From Cyanophora paradoxa CCMP329 (lineage: Eukaryota > Plantae > Glaucophyta): a stretch of 64,000 nt of DNA. Positions within the stretch are counted from its first letter, which is position 1; each line of letters begins with the position of its first letter. Under the pieces are notes generated by a model. The model was not told where the DNA came from. It worked only from the letters and a program-made list of their open reading frames with translations, and searched no databases. Shown piece by piece: positions 37,835 through 49,007 of this stretch. The translations under genes and the position numbers were made by a program. Location of the stretch: positions 124,001 to 188,000 of the forward strand of contig QPMI01000542.1 of the NCBI GenBank assembly GCA_004431415.1, given 5' to 3'.

Positions 37835-38097
37835 CCGTAAAACAGAATAATAAGGTACGCACTTTACTATGTCATCCCCAAATTATGTCGCCTCGGATGT
37901 GATTCATCATGTGAAATAACGACATAATTTGGTGCCGTCATAGTAGGGCACGCGCAGTTGTACCCCATCAAATTTACCGGCCCATACAAACTTGAAAAGT
38001 TTATGCCGACATAATTTGGGGACGTCTTATTTCGCATAGAGAAGGGTCCGGGTTTATAACGACATAAATTTGACCGTCATATTATTGTGTTTTACGG
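37835..38097. mobile_element. MITE with CCGTAAAACA-type TIRs and TA TSD (pogo/Tc1-mariner type)
   Basis: TA|CCGTAAAACAGAATAAT ... ATTATTGTGTTTTACGG|TA, with internal GACATAATTT repeats. Confidence 0.85.
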
Positions 38098-38145
38098 TAG
38101 CCCTACCTGGTAGTACTACCGTGTGGCACACTGGCACTATAATTA

Positions 38146-38404
38146 TAATACCGCGCCCACTTAATTACCGCGTTGAGAATTTGTTAAAACGCGGTATAAT
38201 TTGGTACCGCGGTAATTCGCTTCCGCGAAGCCACCCCATACAGTACCCCCCAAATACCCGCCCCATACAAGCTTCAAGTTTTTTAAAACGCGGTAATTTG
38301 GTACCGCGGGATTTTGGCCAATCTCTTTTTTTTGTTTTGAGGTTTTGGCCAACCTCGGGCCGGAGTTTCTAACGCGGTAATTTATGCCGCGGTAATTTAG
38401 TGCC
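38146..38404. mobile_element. MITE-like element (CGCGGTAATT motif family), inverted relative of 37505-37770
   Basis: AATACCGCGCCCACTTAATTA matches the reverse complement of ~37735-37755, and the two share CCCCATAC cores. Confidence 0.75.
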
Positions 38405-39202
38405 AGCTGCAGACGGTAGCGCCGGTATACGTAGAGTGTGCCGGCGAGTCGGGAGTCGGGACTCGGGACCGTGACATGGCCCACATGGGCCACATGGCCC
38501 ACATCATGGCCCACATGGCTTGGCCCAGTGGCACTGCACTAGTACTGGCACACGGCGGCATGGATGTTTGGCAATTGGCTCTTTGACAGCCGGCGCCCTG
38601 CTCTTAGCCCGCCGGGCCGTGTACAAAGCGCGGGAAAGAGGCGTTCCGTTTTTTCACCGCGGGAAAGAGGCGTTTACTTTTTTTACCGCGGGAAAGAGGT
38701 TGTTTTCCCGATACTGTAGGAATGCTTAAATTGCCGCGTAGTTAAATTGCCGAATTCGACCAAAACCGTATACCTAATTGCCGTGGTGATAAATTGCCGA
38801 ATTGAAAATTTTCGGTTCAATCGACTGAGGGTTGGCCTTGCGCCACTGGCTGATGCCGCGCGCGGGACACTTCGTGTCCGCATACCACTTGGTGAAGCGT
38901 TTCCGGACACCGTTCTTGAAGGTTGCGTTCGGGAGGGCATCGCAGGGCTGCAGCTCTCCTGCGCGCGAGAGGGCTCAAAAACTCGAGGGAAATCAGGTCA
39001 GAGAATTCGAACGCAGACCAGTGCAGTTTGGGGGGATCCGGAGCTGGTAGGTGATCCATCCACCCAGTTGGCAGGCTTCGAGATAATTCGCGCCAGACTG
39101 CACTGCGGCAGCAGTTCGAATTCGGGGTCACGTGCACGGGCCCCGGGGTAGATTGAGAGACCGTCGGACTGAGAGCGAGAGACTAGCTATATATATAGAG
39201 CG

Positions 39203-39398
39203 GACCTGGGCCGCGTAGTTATCGAAGACAAGCAGGCCGATCTGGTCCTCCTCGAGCTCGAGGCCCTTCTGGTCCACGACGAGCTTCTTGTAGGGGGCGA
39301 GAATGTGCTCCTCTGCGTGAGGTCAGTGCGAGGTCAGTGACGTGAGGGCGAGAGGGAGAGAACCGTAGCGAAGCATGGTCTCTTCTACATCGCCCCTA
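39203..39398 (-). pseudogene. Fragment of a pogo/TIGD-like DDE_1 transposase, containing one intron
   Basis: Splicing 39313-39363 gives DVEETMLRYEEHILAPYKKLVVDQKGLELEEDQIGLLVFDNYAAQV, which resembles the DDE_1 '..TM..Y....I.PY......LL.FD....Q/H' segment. Confidence 0.6.
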
Positions 39399-40034
39399 TA
39401 GCTAGGCCTGAGGACTGGTGGATCGACCACTCCCCCAAGCACTGGTCCACAGAAGAGTCCACTCCCCCAAGCACTGGTCCTCCGGATCCCCCAAGCACTG
39501 GTCCCCATGGCCAAGCCGCTTGCTCCGAGCTCGGAGTGTGCTGTTACTTTGCGTACCGGTACCCGTCCGGCACTGACATCCCATTGGCTGTTTCACTGGA
39601 AATCCTAATTCGCAGCTAAGAACGTAGCTTACGATGACGGGCGCTAATCGTAAAGAATTAGCGCCCGCGTAAGCTACGTCGAGACTCGAAATTACTTCGA
39701 AATTAACATGACATCATGCAAACCGTGACATCACCATCATGTTTTAACTACGTACTAGTAGTGCCTACGTTACGGCTACGTAGCGCGGCTCCCATACAAA
39801 TCCCCGACAGCGAAACACAGCCTATACCGGTACTACTGTAGTACTGGTCCGGTACTACCGGTAGACGGCGGTAGTACGTTACACGGCGGTCATCAGACTC
39901 GATGATCAGAGCACGTCTGCGGGGATCCGGATCGTGCGCGCAGTGTACTACGGTAACGCCAGGCAGCAGCAGCAGCAGCGCATCGATATCGATATCAGTG
40001 CCGCCGTGCACGTGCACACACACGGGCCGGAGCG

Positions 40035-42947
40035 ATGGGGAACGCTCTGGCGAATTCGAATATTAAATGTTACGACAATCCGGACTGGTGCGCGTTCCGC
40101 TAGCGCTGATCATGAGCTGTCCGCGCGTGTTGCAACCGCTGAGCTGTCCGCGCGTACGCGTGCCTGCCAACCAATGTCTCAGCTCTGGAGACCCGGAGAT
40201 TGAGACAGTTGTTCTGGAAAGAGCTCGATTTTCACCCGAGGAGATACTCGAGCACAATCTCGCCTGCAGCTTTCCGAAACACAAGGCCGCCATCTTTGAA
40301 GGAAATGGTTTTGATAAATGTACACCACTGCGACTAACGTGCGGCCGTTGCAAGAATTGTCGTTGTCGAACGGCCGGTTGGCCGTGGTAGCCTTTTGCGT
40401 GGCTTATAATTATCGTTGCCGCTCGGCATGCACAGGTGCTGGGAGAACGCGAACTGCACAGGCCAATATTTTGCTTCCACAAATTTCACTAAGTAGTGCG
40501 TGTTTTCATTTGCTTCAGCAAGACAACTAACTGAGCCCGACCATCAAATTCTACCTTGCAGCCGGACCGATGGGGAGACCGACCGCTATTTGTTCGAGAG
40601 CAACCGCTGTCCCAGGGGATGGGCGACGTACCGGGACGGATTAACATCGGGCTCTGTTTGCAAAAAAGCCGTTGGGACTAAGGTGCACAAGAACTCAGAT
40701 GTTGCACTGACTGCTCTAGTGCTAATATGTCGTAGTGCTTCAAGAACGCGACATGTTCAGGCAACGATTTTGATTGGAAATCAAGCATGTCCGTAAATTT
40801 TCACGCCTTGAAGCTTGAGACTTCATTTCGATCGCATTTTTACCTCCTGCGCATGCCTAGTGAGGAATGTGCGGCCGCCGATACCGAGTACTTCTCTGCC
40901 ATGGATATGACGGAGGGTCCAAATAGCGTAGCAGGCAACTGCGTCAAACCCATCAAGTGTTATTCCACCCGTAAGTACGATTTCAAAGATGTACCGCAGC
41001 AAGTCTGGTCAATTTCGCATCTCATCATGAGTGCGCATCCATATGCATGTCCGACGGTCCAGCGGACTGCAGTGACTCTAGCAAATTGTTTGCCTTTTTT
41101 ATTTTCCATGTCGCGAGAAGCGTGCGTAATTATAACAACACGTGCACGTTGCGTACGACCCACAGTTGCACAAGTGACACGATCATGAAAGGCAACGTAT
41201 TTGTCAAGACTGAGACAGGCGAATGCGTTCCAAATACAATGCTGTGCTACGAATCAGATGAGTGAGTGGGTGTCACTGGCTGCTCACTTCCTCGAGCTCG
41301 CCGGTACCATCATGACGTTGAAATTTGCTGCGGGCAGCTGCTCGGGCGAATTCGTGGCCGGGAAATGGCCGGAAATCACGTTTTCGCAGACGGGACAGAA
41401 AGAAATCAACTATAATCCGGTGCCCGCAACGGCAAATGGGTGCGCGCCGCTCATGATCATATTTATAATTACGCCTACAGCTGGTACATGTATACGTATA
41501 TATATCATATATTTGTACATAAAAATTTTAAATACCGGTACCGCCGAGTGCACGTGCTCACCGGGTTGCTACGGATCCGGATCCGGCAGCTCGGAATTAT
41601 TGTTCTTCACCAAGAACGACAACTACGGCGTACGTCCTTATGATCATGATCATGCTCTCACGTGCACCCCGCATATTATTTTGAATGTTAATTAACCTTC
41701 CTCGCTCTGCAGTTTTGTTCCCAATCCTCCAAATCTTACAAAGAGCCCTACACGGGAGCGTGCAAGAAGTTTGCATCCTGTGCGTGCTTAAGCTTGAATA
41801 ATTATAAGATTTTTAGGCTTGGGATTCGGGATTTCGGGAAGCCTCCCGACTGAAATTCAATTCGCATGACGGTACGTATACAGGCTACAGCGATGCTGAT
41901 TGCACCAACGCTGCCATCCACGCTGCTTCGGACAGCCCGTGCGTGCTTGCAATCAAATTAAATATTGGCCAGATTGCTATCGTATATTGTTTTTTAGTAT
42001 ATTGTACGTATACATGTTACGCTATGCGACGAACCGCTTATATATGCATGCGATTGCAGGTTCAGCTGCGCACCTCTCTTCAAGAACGGCAGCGGAGTGT
42101 ATCAGCGCGTGCTTTCCGGGAAGGCAGCGGACGGGACGTGCCAGAAACTCACGGCCTGCTGCCAGTGGAACCCTCCCGGCAACAAGTTCTTTACTATCCC
42201 CTCCCCGAAGACGGGGCTCTGTAAGATCTCAAACAAGTCGTTCACCGAGGCCAGTCGAGACGTCATGCTCGACTACTACGAGGTCTTCAGAATGCAATAG
42301 TTACATTAATCTCATTTTCGCGGCGCCTATCTCATGAAACCCGGATCAACATCAGGACGACAACGCCTGCGCGAGCGGATCCCATACTTACTGGTATCCT
42401 CTGAAGCACGACGGAAAGACTTGCCTGATGTCGAACCGGAATTCGCTTCCCGCGGAGCGGTACGGTTACAAGATAACCAAAAACATGCCCAACACTGCAC
42501 CCAAGGTGAAGAATCGCTCGCAGAGTTTGAGCTTGCACCAACAGCATGCAGCTGACCGCCGCATAAATACGTGTACAGTCTTGCAAGCTGTACGACCTAG
42601 ACACAGAGGCAGCCGTTATGGACCTCTCAGAGACGTCGACAGACGAACTTGAGGCATCCGCACTGGTAGATACACGGCCGCGGTCCGCCAATGCAATACC
42701 CCAGTGCGTTCTGATCTCCCCTGGATATAATGTAGATGCATATGGAGCTCGAGGACGTAGAGCTCGACATCATGATCGCCGCCGACGCGACAGAGCTCGA
42801 GGTGGAGGTGCGACAGACCTAGAGCTCGAATCAAATTAGAAAATCTGCAGGGACACGTTAACGTCAACGTGCATTAATATTCGAAGCCTGATTTCCTCTG
42901 ATTCCCAGATGTCGATGATGTGTGGCGCGGCGGGGGGTGAAGCTTAG
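40035..42947 (+). CDS. Cys-repeat protein, paralog B (multi-exon, lower GC)
   Basis: MGNALANSNIKCYDNPDC|..CWENANCTG..|RTDGETDRYLFESNRCPRGWATY..AVGTK|CFKNATCSGNDFDWKSS|..MDMTEG..GNCVKPIKCYSTPDCS..CYESDxCSG..CYSDADCTN.. then an acidic tail. The 3' end is approximate. Confidence 0.75.
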
Positions 42948-43705
42948 CATACACAACCCAAAAAAAAGTAGATCATGGTCCAAAAGTAGCATATGTATTG
43001 CGAAAAGTGCAAGCCTTGAAGATACCCCTTGAGAAAATCAAAAGCCAATTTGCAAGAGTAGCATTGCGAAAACTTTTCTATCAATGCGAAAAGTGCAACA
43101 TCGTAGGTAATGGATCGATACCACTCCCGCGCCGAGCTTAGTATATGGTTGCACATTATGTTACTCGCAAGAGTGTCGACAGAATCTCGCGAGAATTCCT
43201 GCGGGCGGGCGGGGGCTGCGCGGCTCGCAGGGCGGGACGGAGGCGCGGCGGGCGGCGGCGGCGGCTCGCCTGCCGGGGCTAGACTCTGATTTGCATTAGC
43301 ACATCCATACAACAATGAAGTCGTAACGTCGACCATACCCTCACTGAAAACATTATCCAGGAAGAGAATATGAGGACTCTCGCGTGCTGTGCCTAAACAT
43401 CTAGATATCGATATTCTAAGTACAACTGCGTTTCTACTTTTCCTGTGACGTCTACTTTGCTGCATTTCTAGGTCCTACGGAAGCCTAATTATATGTCCAC
43501 AGATCCTAATCCCTGCCGGCAATGCCCTACTCCATCCTCGTAGCATGCCGCAGCTAGAGAAAGAAAAGGTGTGAAAGAGAAAAGTTGCTGGCCAGCCCCT
43601 GTTTAGTGGGCTACTGGCTCCCGCTCCACTGTTTGCGTCCTCCTCGTGTTGTTGTCCCCGCCGTGCCCCCCAAGCCCCCCCCCAGAAAGCACCCCCTCTC
43701 AACGT

Positions 43706-45836
43706 TTAACGTGGTCTGGTCCTTGCTGTCCCCACGCCCCATGCATACCTGTTGGTGTGGTCGTACACCTGCATTGCCTCCGCCGTCCGGACCCAGCCGT
43801 GATCGTCTGGGGGGCAGCTCAGTGAGGAGAGGGCCAGGGCGTCCCCACCCCGGTGCCTAGACATAAGCGCATGGCACTCAGCGCAGCGCTCGCGCGGCTG
43901 TACCGGCTCGTCGATTGCGAGTTTCCTGCGCTTGCGTCGGTGCCCGCCAGGTTTCGCGGCCGTCTCTCGGGGGCGCGGCTCGGCGCGTGGGGGCTTCGCG
44001 CGTCGCTCTTTCATCATCTTCGTGATCCCGCACTCCTTCTCCCAGTCCGCGTACGCTTTGCATCGTGCTGCCCAGGTTTTGTGCGCCTGTTCACCGATCG
44101 CTTTCGTTAGCTTGCGGGCGATCTTGCCCGCCTGGACCTCGTCCTCCACGGTCTCGCGGATCAGATCAGTGAGGCCGGCTGGTGGCAGCCCGCGCAGCAC
44201 CCAAAGCTGAGTTTGTCTCTCTGCCTGTGTGAGGGTCGGGTCAGTCACGCGCGTGACCTTCAGAGACGTAGCAAGCGCCTGCGGTACCGACCGCTTGAGT
44301 GCCTCCGGTAGCTCGCTGGCGACTACCTCTGCTATTTTGGCTTCTGCTTCCGCGCGTGCCGTCACCGCTGGCGCGCTGGGGCAGGAGAGGACGTGTTCGA
44401 GCGTCTCCACGGGGCCAGCAACGAGCCTGGGCCGGCCCTCGTTATCGGTCTGGCGTACGCTGCAGAGGGCGCAGAACCCGCCGGGGTTTATCTCACTGTA
44501 GAGCTCCGGCGCGTCGCGTTTGCGGACCGAGGCTGTAGCCACCGTACCCAGCACGAGCTTCGCGTGAGTACCCCTGAAGCAGTTGCTTTCTTGGCTCACA
44601 CCGACGCGGCGGGGTCCCATTGCCATCTGATCGTACACTGCGCCGTGGTCCACCGGCGCTCGCAGCCATTCCCCCGCGTTCAGCTGGTTCTCCCAGGCAA
44701 AGTGCGTGTGGTGCGCGTGCAGCACAGCAGCATGCCGCCGGGGATCTCCTTCGACCCGCCGCACTATCCTGTCTGGCCCTTGGATCGTCAGCACCGCCGG
44801 CATGCTGAACGCGGGCGGGAGGAAGATGTCCTCTGTCAGCGTGTTTGGCGGCTGCGGCTCGAGCTTGGCCGCCCGTTTGGCCGCCTTGTCAGCCGCATCG
44901 TTTAGTTCGTGGAGGGGTTCCCTCTTGCTATGGGCCTTGACCTTGACGAGCGCCACCGCTCTTCGGTGTTCTCGTTGCTGCATCAGGGCTCGGAAGCGCG
45001 ACCACGCATACAGCTCTGCGTTGCAGGGGTGTCTGACGTAGTCGCGCGCGTGCTGCTGGTGTGCGTTCCGCACGAACTTCTGGTACCACGTGCAGACGTT
45101 CTGACTGTCCGTGTGCAGGCGCATCCCGTTCGGCGCCAGTACGTCTGCCACGATCGCCGCTTGGAGTTCAGCTTTATTGATCTCCTGGAGCCCTCGAAGC
45201 CGGCCGAGGCATTCGGTCGCAGCCTCGTCCGGGTTCAGTCGCTCGCCGTCCGCAGCGGTCGCAGGTACCACCACGCCGTAGCCCGCGTGCGCGCCTTCCG
45301 TCTGACCCTTGAATAGGCTCCCATCCGTCCATATGTTCAGTAACCTCGGATGCGCGTTGCCGTGCTTCTCGAGCTCGTACTTCTCGATCGTCTCCCAGAG
45401 CGCGAGTGCGTGCTGCCAGTACTGGCCGTCTTGCTCGCTCCACGTCTCAGGCCCGAAGCTCGCCTGATACAGATCTCTCAGTTCGCGGGGGTTTGAGACG
45501 GGCGGTGCTTCATCCAGCGGTTCGGCCCTCGGCTCCGCCGCCAACGCCATCTCGAGCGCTGTTTGCAGCGCCGCCTCCGCCTCCGGGAGTAGGGCGCGGC
45601 GGAGGAACCGCTCATCTCCGTCTTGGACTGCTTTCACTCGGGCGAGGAGGAGCAGCTGCTGGCGCTTCCGCTCGTCCAGCAGGCCGGGGTCAAAGTACGC
45701 CAGGGTCGGGCCCGTGTGGGTCTGCTTGCGCCCTCTTGTTGACGCCGTCGTCTGTCCGCCGCCAGCCGTGTCCGGCCTGGTGATGTGGATAGGTTCCTCG
45801 AGGACCTCGCCGGTCAGTCCGAAGAGGGCATCCTCG
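43706..45836 (-). CDS. Retrotransposon ORF, C-terminal part: RNase H and CCHC zinc knuckle
   Basis: IWTDGS..AGYGVVV..INKAELQAA..LHTDSQNV..VKVKAHS..LNDAADKAAK (RNase HI D-E-D-D motifs) and FCALCS...ETLEHVLSCP. Confidence 0.93.
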
Positions 45837-48800
45837 CACTGGTGGCGGCGCGCTCCGTTAAGCCCCTCTGAACGCACTACTGAAAATGACTAAGCCCCTC
45901 GTTCAGACCGGCTGACTAAATATTCAGCAACTCAGACCTATAGCGGAAAGGACTGAACAAAAGCCTTATTTTTACTCTTTTCGCCTTACTATAGGCCTAA
46001 GAAGGAAATTCAGCCTCTCAACCCCTGTTCAGTCACAGCTGAACGGACGGACTGTTCAGACCCTTCTGGTGTGGCCAGCGTGGCTGCTAGCGCGGCCACC
46101 CGGCCCGGCCCTACCCTTCCCACCCTGCACCCTCTGCATCTCTCACTTCTGAGAAGCCAGCTAGCATTACACTTTATTCATACAATCTAGTTTGTCGGCC
46201 GCGGGGCGGGACGGGGAGGGGCGGGGCGCGGCTGCGGGGCGGCTGCGGGGCGGGGCGGCCGCGGGCGGGGCGGCCGCGGGGCGGGGCGGGTCGGCCGCGG
46301 GGCGAGCCGGGCGGGGCGGGGCGGGGCGGGCGGGGCGGCCGCGGGGCGGGGCGGCCGCGGGCGGGGGGCCGCGGGCGGGGGGCCGCGGGGCGGGGCGGCC
46401 GCGGGGCGGGCGGCCGCGGGCGGGGCGGGGCGGGGCGGGCGGGCGGGCGGGGCGGGAGGGGCGGGCCGGGGCGGCCGCGGGCGGGCCCGTGGGGGGCTGA
46501 CCGGCGCCTGATAGTGGAGTTAGCCTTTGCAAAACAATCAGGGGCGTGCGCCCGCAAGGAATCTATAGATCTATCTGGACAGCGTGGCCTTGCACCGGCA
46601 ACGGCACCTGAGAGCCGCCGCCAGGGCTGGGGCCCCGCTGTCTAGCTCTAGAGGGCGTCGGGCAGGAGAGAGACTCGCGAACCTTGCTTGCAGCTGCGAA
46701 CTTGGCCTCTGTGACCGCCGCCGACGCACCCCAGCTCGGGACTTCTGTGCTCAATTGCAATCGAGTAAGCTCCATTGCATAAAAGTAAGATATATATACA
46801 CAGGGCGGCTAGGAGACAGCGGGACAAGGCACCAGCGGCGGCACCTGTGGGCCGTCGCCAGGGCTGCGGCCCCGCTGTCTAGCTCTAGAGGGCGTCGCAT
46901 GGCGTCTAGCTCTAGAAAGGGGCGGGGGGGGGGGGGAGGGGGGGGGGGAGCGCACGAAAGAAGGGCCGCCGCTGCGCCCCGGCCGCCCCCGCCGCGAAGG
47001 CGCCGCGATTCGGGTCGCCTGCGCTCGCCTCGTCGCGCGGGGCGCGGCGCTGAAGGGCGGGGAGGCGCGCACGAAGCGAGAGAAGGGCCGCCGCTGCGCC
47101 CAGGCCGCCCTCGCCGTGAAGGCGCCGCGATTCGGGTCGCCTGCGCTCGCCTCGTCGCGCGGGGCGCGGCGCTGAAGGGCGGGGAGGCGCGCACGAAGCG
47201 AGAGAAGGGCCGCCGCTGCGCCCAGGCCGCCCCGCCGCGAAGGCGCCGCGATTCGGGTCGCCTGCGCTCGCCTCGTCGCGCGGGCGCGGCGCTGAAGGGC
47301 GGGGAGTCGCGTACCAAGCGAGAGAAGGGCCGCCGCTGCGCTCGCCTCGTCGCGCGGGGCGCGGCGCTGAAGGGCGGGGAGCCGCGCACGAAGCGAGAGA
47401 AGGGGCCGCCGCTGCGCCCCGGCCGCCCCCGCCGCGAAGGCGCCGCGATTCGGGTCGCCTGCGCTCGCCTCGTCGCGCGGGGCGCGGCGCTGAAGGGCGG
47501 GGAGTCGCGTACCAAGCGAGAGAAGGGCCGCCGCTGCGCTCGCCTCGTCGCGCGGGCGCGGCGCTGAAAGGCGGGGAGCCGCGCACGAAGCGAGAGAAGG
47601 GCCACCGCTGCGCCCCGGCCGCCCCCGCCGCGAAGGCGCCGCGATTCGGGTCGCCTGCGCTCGCCTCGTCGCGCGTCCTGACTTGGCAAGTGAGAGAGAG
47701 CTAGGTAGAGCAGGCTCGCGGCGCCGGTCGCGGAGCAGGCAAACGAGAGCATTCTAGAGAGCATTAGCGAGCAGCACTGGACTCAAGCCTTCGGGCGCAC
47801 CTCAGAGTCGTTCGTTAGAGTCGTTCACCTTAGCCGGACGCAGCTGGGCGCAGCCGGACATCCCCGAGTGTCGCTGAAGGCATAAGTCCCTTAGCTAGGG
47901 CAGAAGGAAAGCTTAGAAGGCAGGGCGCACCTCCGGATCACTCATGAAGGCCGAGGGGACGACCGCGCAGGATCTTGAGGCGGCTTGATCGGAGAAAGGA
48001 CCTGATGCGCTGAAGATGTGAGAGAGCCGCCTAGCTTGCTTCAGAGAGCGGAGCGCGCCCGAGCGAGGCGCGCGTACCTTCATTGCTCGTCGCGCGGACT
48101 CCGAGCAATCTCTTGAGCTTCGGGGAGCAGGCATCGACGCTGATGCCCCCTTAGGGCCTGCTGCTGTCGCAGAGGCTCTCCCCGCGCGCTGGAATGCCGC
48201 GCCTCGTGTGCTTGCCAAGACAACGGCATTGTGCGAGTACCCAGCCGTTCAGGCTGAGCGACGGGCTGACAGGAGTATCAGCCCTTTGCGAGGGTCTGAA
48301 CCGCTGGTCCGCCAGCTGAGACTGCTCTCAGCCCGTCGCTCAGCCCTTTCTGAGGCTTTCTCGGCCAGGGGGATACAGGTCTTCGAGCGTCCGCTTGAGC
48401 CCTCCGTCTCAAACAGAAGGCCTCCCGCAGCGCGCCCTCGGCGCAGCTAGCACAACAGACCTTAGCTAGGTAGTTCTGCAACAGCTTGGCCTCTGGATCG
48501 CGGACCGAGAGCGTCGACAGCTGGACCTCGCTGGGCGGCGCAAAGCGTGGTGCGAGAGAGCTCAGGACATCACAGCCGCTGAGCCTCGCGCGTCACTCGC
48601 CGGCCGAGCGCGCGCTCTTTCAGCCACAGCGCAGTCTCTCGTAGCGCACCACACGCCTCTGTGTGCTCAGTATGTGTTGCGAAGTGCATTGAGTGATTTC
48701 ACGTAGTCGTGCAACGCGCGGCGGGCGCCCAGGTTGCGTAGAGCGCTCTAGAGCAATCTACGTAAAGCTGCGCTATGGGCTGGGCTGAGCGAGCGGCATA

Positions 48801-49007
48801 AGACCCTTGCTGTTCAGACGGTGCTGAACCGAGGCTGAAGAGAGCGTTCAGACCGGGCTGAACTGGGCGAGAACTCAGCTCAGCTCACAAAAAAGATCAG
48901 CCTCTAAGGAAAAGGCTGACATTCTGGGTCAGCCGGTCTGAACGAGGGGCTTAGTCATTTTCAGTAGTGCGTTCAGAGGGGCTTAACGGAGCGCGCCGCC
49001 ACCAGTG
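45837..49007. mobile_element. Non-autonomous CACTA/En-Spm (CMC) element, 3171 bp, CACTG termini, 80-bp perfect TIRs, 3-bp TSD TCG
   Basis: TCG(45834-36)|CACTGGTGGCGGCG...CGCCGCCACCAGTG|TCG(49008-10). It has subterminal TTCAG/CTGAAC repeats and internal tandem repeats. Removing it restores the retrotransposon frame (WWED-EDALFGL). Confidence 0.95.
46950..47675. repeat. Internal tandem repeats of the CACTA element (mixed ~121-bp and ~76-bp units)
   Basis: Recurring GCGCTCGCCTCGTCGCGCGGGGCGCGGCGCTGAAGGGCGGGGAG blocks. Confidence 0.85.

Noticed and set aside
42944-43465. 173-aa minus-strand ORF
   Set aside because: It spans the LINE 3' UTR, an intron-like GC tract and AT-rich TTGCACTTTTCGCA repeats, so it is chimeric and not a credible gene.
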